DNA of 22,507 nucleotides, counting the filler, from an uncultured Methanosarcinales archaeon (GTDB taxonomy: Archaea > Nanobdellota > Nanobdellia > Woesearchaeales > CAZKBD01), in assembly GCA_964550945.1 (NCBI GenBank). It is 12 parts of 12 records of this genome, joined end to end, with 100 filler letters (N's around TTAATTAATTAA, not from the genome) between each part and the next. Parts side by side here need not be neighbours in the genome. Positions count along the whole stretch, not along the records: positions 16,021 to 17,625 come from CAZKBD010000174.1; positions 17,726 to 19,285 come from CAZKBD010000175.1; positions 19,386 to 20,903 come from CAZKBD010000176.1; positions 21,004 to 22,507 come from CAZKBD010000177.1; 8 more parts are not named here. One strand, given 5' to 3'. Under the pieces are notes generated by a model, which did no database searches, was not told the DNA's origin, and saw only the letters and a program-made list of their open reading frames with translations. Below are positions 16,021 to 22,507 of this stretch, piece after piece (position 1 is the stretch's first letter; every line of letters starts with the position of its first letter). Both the position numbers and the translations under genes were made by a program.

Positions 16021-17623
16021 CCCGACTTGTAACAATTAGTATGGCAATCTTAATTTTTCTAAAATATCTTTCACTTCTTTTGATATAACAGATTGCATTG
16101 TGATTTCTTCTCTTGTTACAGTATTCAGAATTCGGGCATCTACCACACTTTTAAATAATTTGATAATATTCTTAATTGATTTACCAGTTTTGATCTCTAA
16201 ATATTTGCAAACGGCCAAAGCCATAAAGCAAATCATAATATGAACTTTAATGGGATCTTCTTTAAAATGATAAACGGGACGAGTCTCAAGATCATTTTTT
16301 GCTATTCTAAAAGCCTGTTCAACATGCCAAAGATCATGATATCTGGCAATGATAGTTTGATCATCAACTTTATTAAGATTTGTATAATATCCTTTAACCC
16401 CAAGGAGTTTTTTAGTTTTTTCAATTAATGTTTTGTTTAACTCAAAGCTAGTTCTAGTTTTACTTTTAACAAATTTTGTACGCTTGGCTTTTGTCGGATA
16501 CTTAAGTAATATTGTTGCTTTAGCGATTTGCTTTTCCATCTCGCGTTTGTCCTTGTTATACCTCTTAGTTGAAAAACTGCAAACTAAAATTCCATGTTTG
16601 GATATTATTCTGATGGTTGTCCCATCTTCAGGTTTAAGTTTATTATTAATCTCATCTATTGCTAACTTGGAAAGATTAGCAATTCTAGCACCCACGATGT
16701 ATGAAAGCTGATTTTCTTTTAGGGCTTTAATATTATCAGAACTGATCATGGCCGCATCAGCGACAACTGTCAGTGTTTTGATCTCATATTTTTGTTGAAA
16801 ATTTGAGATAGAAGGAATTAAAGTATGGCCTTCAAATTTATTGCCCTCATATATTTCATAGGCGACAGGAAACCCCTCAGAGCTTACCAGTAAACCGATT
16901 AAGATTTGGGGTTGAGCAGATTTACCATCTTTAGAAAAACCAGGTTTCCTTAGATTATCAGCTTTAAATGATTCAAAATACAAAGTTGTTACATCATAAA
17001 AGACGAGTGTAAAATTGAACTTAAGTTCTTTTTTTGCTAAAGTTAGCGCACATTCTTCTATTTTTTCTTTCCAGCCGATAAAATGTGGCAAATAACGATA
17101 GAAATCCTCACGCCAATATTTAATACCAAACAACTCGTCTAAAAGCTCTGTGGAACGCAGAAGAGACGCAGGCTCAATAATACGGATAATCACTAAATCG
17201 GTAAGTAAATTACAATTTAATTTTTCAAAGTTAAATCGACTAGATATTTTGGTCAGAAATTGATGAATAAAAGGATAACGAGTTCCCAAAAACTGGCTTT
17301 TCTCCAAAGAGATAAATCGAGAGGCCGTTGTTTTTTGTGCAAGGAAAAGAGAGTGTTGTTTAGACTTCTTTTCTATCCACTCGCGTGCAATTAATTTTAG
17401 CGTCGTAATTTCTTCTGAGGTATGGGCACTACCAATATGTTTTACAACAATTAATCTACGTTGTTCATAGCGAACTACTTGAACAGCGCTTGATAATGAA
17501 GCAGTTTTTGTTATTCTAATATGAAACATGCCATTAGTATGACAAAAAATGAGTTTTGAAACAAGTTATATGGTTAAATGATCAATCAAATTTCTTTTAA
17601 AAAACAGAATGTTACAAGTCGGG
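16021..17623 (-). mobile_element. IS1634-family insertion sequence occupying the whole contig
   Basis: Perfect 14-bp TIR CCCGACTTGTAACA (16021-16034) / TGTTACAAGTCGGG (17610-17623). Confidence 0.9.
16036..17529 (-). CDS. IS1634-family transposase
   Basis: VFYDVTTLYFE, GFSKDGK, VVADAAM, YHDLWHVEQAFR-x2-K-x2-L-x2-RPVYH and HIMICF. Confidence 0.93.
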   Translation of the reverse strand: MFHIRITKTASLSSAVQVVRYEQRRLIVVKHIGSAHTSEEITTLKLIAREWIEKKSKQHSLFLAQKTTASRFISLEKSQFLGTRYPFIHQFLTKISSRFNFEKLNCNLLTDLVIIRIIEPASLLRSTELLDELFGIKYWREDFYRYLPHFIGWKEKIEECALTLAKKELKFNFTLVFYDVTTLYFESFKADNLRKPGFSKDGKSAQPQILIGLLVSSEGFPVAYEIYEGNKFEGHTLIPSISNFQQKYEIKTLTVVADAAMISSDNIKALKENQLSYIVGARIANLSKLAIDEINNKLKPEDGTTIRIISKHGILVCSFSTKRYNKDKREMEKQIAKATILLKYPTKAKRTKFVKSKTRTSFELNKTLIEKTKKLLGVKGYYTNLNKVDDQTIIARYHDLWHVEQAFRIAKNDLETRPVYHFKEDPIKVHIMICFMALAVCKYLEIKTGKSIKNIIKLFKSVVDARILNTVTREEITMQSVISKEVKDILEKLRLPY

Positions 17624-17893
17624 AANNNNNNNNNNNNNNNNNNNNNNNNNNNNNNNNNNNNNNNNNNNNTTAATTAATTAANNNNNNNNNNNNNNNNNNN
17701 NNNNNNNNNNNNNNNNNNNNNNNNNCTATCACAGGAGAATCAGCAAAGGACTCTTTTACAACAATCTCTCCATCGCTATTTTTCTTCTCTAAATCAACAG
17801 CAAATGCGTAATCAACTGAGCAGGGGATATCATAACCAAGCTCCTTCCTGCTTCCAACATCAGTTGCTTTTACCCTGGTAGAGTCTTTCAGGT

Positions 17894-18217
17894 TTAATTA
17901 GAACTTTCTAAAGGATGAATTACCATTTCGCTATTATTTTTTAATCCAAACTCAACGGACTCTCCTTTCTGCAAGTTTAAGGCTTCACTAACCTCTTTTG
18001 GAATTCTTAACACTAAATTGCTTTTCACTCTGCTTAACTTCAGATGGTACTTCATCTTTTTTAGCTTATTTATTAATAATATTCTCTCCGCTTTTTCCGG
18101 GTTATAGTACAATTCCCCGCAGCTATCGCATTTCCAGCCATCAATATCATAATTATTGAATTTTAAATGTTCTTTATACTTTGCGATTTTTCCGCAAGCA
18201 CATTTTAGGCCATTCAT
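17894..18217 (-). CDS. Zinc-finger + AbrB/MazE-type antitoxin-like protein
   Basis: CAC...WKCDSCGELYY zinc ribbon; SNLVLRIPKEVSEALNLQKGESV swapped-hairpin motif. Confidence 0.8.
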   Translation of the reverse strand: MNGLKCACGKIAKYKEHLKFNNYDIDGWKCDSCGELYYNPEKAERILLINKLKKMKYHLKLSRVKSNLVLRIPKEVSEALNLQKGESVEFGLKNNSEMVIHPLESSN

Positions 18218-18219
18218 TT

Positions 18220-18492
18220 TTACCTCCTGCTTTTCGTAAATTTACCGATATGCGTGATTAAATAAACATCTTCATTATAAAGATAATTAAACGATTTTAC
18301 TATAACAACATTATAAGTTTTATTCCCCCTATCCAGCCATTTTTCTTCTGCGTTCTTTTTTCTTTTCCTTGGTGAATAGCCATTTTCTAAGATTTCCTTG
18401 CAATCAGCGATCATTAAACCATGCTTTATTAATTCTCTTCCTGCCGATTTTGAAGGGATTAGCCTTAGTCCTCTGTATCTAACATCAAACAT
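18220..18492 (-). CDS. Putative toxin (DUF4258/BrnT-like RNase fold)
   Basis: Basic 90-aa ORF 2 nt upstream of the antitoxin-like gene; ILENG...YNVVIV...YLITH pattern. Confidence 0.6.
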   Translation of the reverse strand: MFDVRYRGLRLIPSKSAGRELIKHGLMIADCKEILENGYSPRKRKKNAEEKWLDRGNKTYNVVIVKSFNYLYNEDVYLITHIGKFTKSRR

Positions 18493-18572
18493 ATTTCATC
18501 AACCTATTCCAATGGAGTATGTCTTAGTTTATAAACCTTTCCATATTTTTGTAACCACTTGGAGATGAATAA

Positions 18573-18592
18573 TAACCGAAAGATTTAAATAT
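18573..18592 (+). promoter_or_regulatory. Archaeal BRE + TATA box
   Basis: TAACCGAAAGATTTAAATAT, sharing 15 nt with 388-402. Confidence 0.55.
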
Positions 18593-18701
18593 AGGCTATA
18601 AGTTAAGGCTGTTAACATTACATAATTAAAACAAACAAAGGTGATGATAAAATGAGTTTAACTCGCTAGTTTTATATATGCCTTATACCTTATTCTATCT
18701 C

Positions 18702-19174
18702 ATGGTCAATTTTCAGATAATATTTGACGATGTTATTTTATACCAACTTAAAAAGGCAGGAAGAGACTCAAGATTAAGAGTGATGCTGTCAACAATCTTT
18801 GACAAGATTGAGGAATTAGGCCCTAGAGCAGGAAAGCTGATTGATTCTCACTTGTTTGTTTATGTGTCAGAAATATACCCTCAGTCTATTTGACTGATGG
18901 ACAAAGTCCAATAATATTTTGTGTTTGAGTATATTTCTGAGCACGCTCAAAAACCACTAGCTTATGTTAGCTGGGCTACAATCATGTCACCCATCCATGA
19001 TAGGTGGTTTTTGACGAAATAAAATTAAAAAGCCCTCCAATAAGGCTATATTTCAAGCATGTTAAAGATTCAAATAATATCTATCTTTTTGAATACGAAC
19101 TGAAAACAAGCGAAGAAAAGCAAAAAAGAACAATTTCTAGGATTAAAGATAAAGTGAGAAAATTGTTTAGTTAA
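18702..19174 (+). pseudogene. RelE/ParE-like gene split by a 152-bp insertion (parts 18702-18863 and 19016-19174, 106 aa joined)
   Basis: The joined frame reads ...GPRAGKLIDSHLFVY|EIKLKSPPIRLYFKH...IYLFEYE..., a RelE-like YE-x-K...RLYF pattern. TATA at 18671 lies about 31 nt before the ATG. Confidence 0.8.
18864..19015. mobile_element. Non-coding palindromic insertion (MITE/REP-like), two stem-loop modules
   Basis: Perfect stems 18867-18878/18929-18940 (12 bp) and 18947-18957/19004-19014 (11 bp), each enclosing two hairpins. Removing it restores the gene frame. Confidence 0.75.
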
Positions 19175-19284
19175 AACCCTAAATCTTTTCTTGTGAATAT
19201 CTTGCCTGATCTTATGTTCTCTTCAAACTCCAGACATTGTCATCTTAGTGAATGATGCGTATTCTTAGCATATTTTTTGATTAG
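19171..19284 (-). pseudogene. 3' end of a convergent gene with an internal TGA (partial)
   Basis: LIKKYAKNTHHSLR*QCLEFEENIRSGKIFTRKDLGF*; the final TAA overlaps the RelE-like stop. Confidence 0.35.
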
Positions 19285-19387
19285 ANNNNNNNNNNNNNNN
19301 NNNNNNNNNNNNNNNNNNNNNNNNNNNNNTTAATTAATTAANNNNNNNNNNNNNNNNNNNNNNNNNNNNNNNNNNNNNNNNNNNNGA

Positions 19388-20062
19388 ATTAATTGCGGAG
19401 CTTGCGGATATGCTGGCTGCGCAGCCTATGCAGAAGCTGTTGTGGCAAATAAGGGTGTTCCTGCTAATTTATGCGTTCCAGGGCAGAAATCAGTTGCTGA
19501 TAAGGTTGCCAGCATACTTGGAAGAGAATCAAAAGAAATGGGAGCCCAAAAAGTTGCTCTGTTGCATTGCGCTGGCGGCAAAAAAGAAACTAGTGATAAA
19601 TTTGAATATAATGGAATTGAAAGCTGCAAAGCGGCTTCTTTGATTGCTAACGGCCCGAAATCATGCTCTTACGGCTGCATTGGTTTTGGCGATTGTGTTA
19701 AGGCATGTACTTTTGGCGCCTTATCCATGGGCTCTAATGGCCTGCCTGTTGTTGGTGATGAAAAATGCGTTGCTTGTGGCGTTTGTGTCAAAACATGCCC
19801 TAAACATCTTTTTGAGTTAGTGCCAAAAGAAAAAAAGATCCATGTATTATGCTCTTCAAATAATCCTGGCAAGACTGTAATAAAAGTCTGCAAAGTTGGC
19901 TGCATTGCCTGCAGCCTTTGTGTTAAATCATGTAAATTTGATGCTATTCATGTTGCTGATAATCTGGCTAAAATAGACTATTCTAAATGCACTCAATGCG
20001 GCGAGTGTGTTAAAGCCTGCCCAAGGAAGATTATTGTTGATGAGAGAAATATCCATAATTAG
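19388..20062 (+). CDS. rnfB: RnfB-like electron transport complex Fe-S subunit (5' partial)
   Basis: NCGACGYAGC...CVPG FeS domain, VALLHCAGG, YNGIESC...GPKSCSYGCIGFGDCVKAC and further CxxCxxCxxxCP ferredoxin motifs. Confidence 0.88.
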   Translation: MNCGACGYAGCAAYAEAVVANKGVPANLCVPGQKSVADKVASILGRESKEMGAQKVALLHCAGGKKETSDKFEYNGIESCKAASLIANGPKSCSYGCIGFGDCVKACTFGALSMGSNGLPVVGDEKCVACGVCVKTCPKHLFELVPKEKKIHVLCSSNNPGKTVIKVCKVGCIACSLCVKSCKFDAIHVADNLAKIDYSKCTQCGECVKACPRKIIVDERNIHN

Positions 20063-20901
20063 CCATTTGTGTCAATATCCTTAACAAGATAAGGGATATA
20101 TCCTTCAGAAATTGTACTTAAGACCATTGCTCTGTAATAATCTGATATTATGGGATTTTCTTCTAAATAGGTATATCCATCTTTAGTTATCTCACTATAA
20201 TACATATTCCATGGATGGTCAACTGTTATCACATATGTATACCACACTGGAAATAGTGAAATCAACGAAGCTGGAGCATGAGAAAGTATATAGGCATTAA
20301 CTGGCTTGTTTGGCGCTTCACTAATTTTAGATATGTAACTGGTGTATTCATTTGAACTGTAACTAAACCCAAGCGCATTTAAAACTTTGGCATTTGTCTC
20401 TGTGCTATTCCCAATAAGGCTAAAGTAAGGCCCCCTAATTCCAGTTACATTTGTATCAAACTCATTTTCAAGAAATGCCTTAGAAGCTAAAATCTGTTCT
20501 TTATCAAAATCAATGCTGTGAATGCCGAGCCTTGTGTGATAGTAAGTTTGCGAACCAATCTCAACTAACCCCTGTTTTACTAAATATTTTGTCTCTTCAA
20601 CAACTTCTGGCGCAAGTTCCTCATAAACATTGATCTCTCTCGCAACAATATAATATGTTGAAGGTATTCCATATTTTGATGAAAACGATAATATCTCCTT
20701 AAAGCCTAAAATTCCAGAAACCCAGGGGTAAGGGTATTCTGTAAATCTTGCTTGCCCCAATAATGGCGTGAACCATGCAGTATAATCAGCATCATTGCAA
20801 TCCAGATTTTCTTTTGGAATTCCAAGGCTGTAAACCTCATCTGTGCATGGCCCAATTCCATTTTCATCATTCCCTTTGTTTAGGTATCTTCCAGATTCTA
20901 T
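20059..20901 (-). CDS. Polysaccharide deacetylase (NodB/CE4-like) domain protein, C-terminal part (partial)
   Basis: KYGIPSTYYIV, VEIGSQTYYH, GIRGPY, LGFSYSS and DHPW; frame open to the contig edge. Confidence 0.75.
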   Translation of the reverse strand: MESGRYLNKGNDENGIGPCTDEVYSLGIPKENLDCNDADYTAWFTPLLGQARFTEYPYPWVSGILGFKEILSFSSKYGIPSTYYIVAREINVYEELAPEVVEETKYLVKQGLVEIGSQTYYHTRLGIHSIDFDKEQILASKAFLENEFDTNVTGIRGPYFSLIGNSTETNAKVLNALGFSYSSNEYTSYISKISEAPNKPVNAYILSHAPASLISLFPVWYTYVITVDHPWNMYYSEITKDGYTYLEENPIISDYYRAMVLSTISEGYIPYLVKDIDTNG

Positions 20902-21011
20902 ATNNNNNNNNNNNNNNNNNNNNNNNNNNNNNNNNNNNNNNNNNNNNTTAATTAATTAANNNNNNNNNNNNNNNNNNNNNNNNNNNNNNNNNNNNNNNNN
21001 NNNAGACTAAA

Positions 21012-22505
21012 TTAATCGTGTGCTGGCGCTCTCTCTACATGCCCAGGATGATGATGTCCATTTTGTCGGTATAGTTTTCGGCCGATGTAGATAAGTAGAA
21101 TGATAAATATAAATGTAATTATCCAACCAATAAGAGTATTTGGCATAAATCCATCAGAGCCAAAGATTGCAGCAGCAGCAAGATTATTGTTATTACTTGT
21201 TACACGATTGGAAATATATGCTAACGCATCACCTTGATTATTTTTTTCATCAGTGTATACGATTGAAGCAGTTGTAACAACTAAATCTCCATCTTGTGCT
21301 TTTCGATTAACTTTTCCTTGAATTGATATTGTACCTTCTTGATTTGGAACAAGTGTTCCTAAATCAGTTGTAGTTGTACTTTCAGAATCACTAAATGATC
21401 CTTGACTTACACGAACAAAATCAATTGTTTTTGGTAGTATAACTCTAACAACAACTTTACTTAATGTTTTTGTTGTTGATATATTTTTATAAGACAGGGT
21501 ATAATCAACTGTTTCACCAATAGATACATTTTCATATGCAGTTTTTAGACCGAGTGAAATGGATGAAGTATTAACAGTTCCACCAGATACTGCTGTTGTT
21601 GGAGTTGTCGATGTTACTGGAACATTTGCTATAACACCTGAAGATAATGTTTTTCCAAATATAATATCACCACGTGAAATTCCATTTTGATTTTGAATAA
21701 CAGCACGGTAATAATAAATATTATTAACACTAAGTCCAGTAATTGTATCAGAGAAAGCTATAGAAGGGCTAGTACCTAAAGATTGAATACTTGTTGTATG
21801 TGTAAGAGCAAATGCACTTGAACCCCATTCAAAATAACCAGTTGTAGATAATCCACTATTGTTTATTGCCAAACCATTCAATTTAAGAGTTGTTTGAGTT
21901 GGTAGAGTTACTGCGGTCGTTAGAGCGTTTAGATTACCATTATTAGTTGTAGCTATAGTTCCGGTTGTAAAATTAAGTATTGATCCATAGACTAAACTAG
22001 AACCATTATTATTTTGTCCAACAAGACGGAAATAATATGTTGTATTTGGTTGTAAATTGTAAATAGTATCTGCGACGCTAGTTGAAGTATTACCTATATA
22101 AACAGTAGAGGTTGAGTAATTAAGTGAATATTGATTTGTTCCATATTGGAAATATCTATTAGCATTACCACTATTAGAGGAAATATATCCATTCAAAGTT
22201 GCACTTGTATTTGTATTATTTGTTGCATTATAAGTAGTAACAGATGGTTGAGTATTGTTATTATTATATACATAATTGTACTCATCATTATCAGAATAAG
22301 AAGTACAACCTGGATCATTCATGTCTACTAAACCATCACTATCATTATCATAACCATCATTACATGCGTAAGTAGTAGGTTGATTTTGCACATAATTATA
22401 TTCATTATTGTCAGTTGTAGATGAACAACCAGGATCATTCATATCTACACGTCCATCACTATCATTATCATAACCATCATTACATGCGTAAGTAGTAGGT
22501 TGATT
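21012..22505 (-). CDS. Large surface protein: Asp/Cys repeats, fibronectin-III-like modules, DUF11-like domain, C-terminal TM anchor (5' partial; CPR-like)
   Basis: ACNDGYDNDSDGLVDMNDPGC repeats; SATLNG...NLQPNTTYYFRLV; GETVDYTLSYKN...VVVRVILP; LAAAAIFG...FMPNTLIGW followed by a TM helix. Confidence 0.85.
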   Translation of the reverse strand, partial: NQPTTYACNDGYDNDSDGRVDMNDPGCSSTTDNNEYNYVQNQPTTYACNDGYDNDSDGLVDMNDPGCTSYSDNDEYNYVYNNNNTQPSVTTYNATNNTNTSATLNGYISSNSGNANRYFQYGTNQYSLNYSTSTVYIGNTSTSVADTIYNLQPNTTYYFRLVGQNNNGSSLVYGSILNFTTGTIATTNNGNLNALTTAVTLPTQTTLKLNGLAINNSGLSTTGYFEWGSSAFALTHTTSIQSLGTSPSIAFSDTITGLSVNNIYYYRAVIQNQNGISRGDIIFGKTLSSGVIANVPVTSTTPTTAVSGGTVNTSSISLGLKTAYENVSIGETVDYTLSYKNISTTKTLSKVVVRVILPKTIDFVRVSQGSFSDSESTTTTDLGTLVPNQEGTISIQGKVNRKAQDGDLVVTTASIVYTDEKNNQGDALAYISNRVTSNNNNLAAAAIFGSDGFMPNTLIGWIITFIFIILLIYIGRKLYRQNGHHHPGHVERAPAHD

Positions 22506-22507
22506 TT
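22270..22507 (-). repeat. Intragenic tandem repeat, 120-nt (40-aa) period
   Basis: 22333-22387 is identical to 22453-22507 and the flanks are similar; encodes the C-x-DG-x-DND-x-DG-x2-D-x2-DPGC motif. Confidence 0.9.

Noticed and set aside
18678..18893. 71-aa ORF as a complete gene
   Set aside because: Its last 9 codons and stop come from the insertion; the real frame resumes at 19016.
18851..19032. The 152-bp insertion as a canonical bulge-helix-bulge mRNA intron
   Set aside because: The best BHB I could draw (helix GTTT/AAAT, bulge ATG) would cut after 18863 and 19022, giving TAT-AAT-TAA (a stop), and the exon helix is poor. A canonical BHB does not restore the frame.
19240..19242. Selenocysteine or genetic-code reassignment of TGA
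   Set aside because: No redox motif or SECIS is recognisable, and TGA terminates several clear genes in this window (e.g. 5252, 7695, 14777).
2060..21003. Regularly recurring TTAATTAATTAA palindrome in N-runs as a biological repeat or CRISPR
   Set aside because: These are identical 100-nt synthetic linkers between length-sorted contigs, an artefact of concatenation.
1..22507. One large defence or mobile island containing five IS families, TA modules and R-M
   Set aside because: The parts lie on 12 unlinked contigs. Short contigs are naturally enriched in repeats and IS, so cross-contig adjacency means nothing.
22270..22507. 120-nt repeat as a CRISPR array or DGR template/variable pair
   Set aside because: It is an in-frame protein repeat with no unique spacers, the differences are not adenine-specific, and no reverse transcriptase is present.

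Overview
This window is not a continuous locus. It is 12 short contigs (about 2.06 to 1.50 kb, in descending length order) joined by 11 artificial 100-nt N-linkers containing TTAATTAATTAA, so synteny only holds within a contig. Most contigs look archaeal and DPANN/Woesearchaeota-like: BRE+TATA promoters about 30 nt before ATG, a tRNA-Pro(CGG) with two bulge-helix-bulge introns, class III signal-peptide pilins and an MNT-HEPN pair. The last contig, and possibly the IS1634 contig, look like CPR bacteria. The content is mostly accessory: five IS families (IS3, IS6-like, IS5, an IS4 fragment, IS1634), toxin-antitoxin modules, the start of a type I R-M hsdM, an SMC/Rad50-like ATPase with an unknown partner, surface proteins, a GT4 glycosyltransferase and RnfB. 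The most interesting signals are non-coding and missed by the ORF track: (1) a branched integron attC-like site followed by a promoter-bearing cassette with mutually complementary ends, with IS3 inserted where the next attC would begin; (2) a 152-bp two-module palindromic element splitting a RelE-like gene; (3) a 24-bp hairpin motif at two contig edges, one copy truncating a gene; (4) the double-intron tRNA; (5) tandem pilins with identical 5' ends. All family calls come from motif recognition only; no searches were run.
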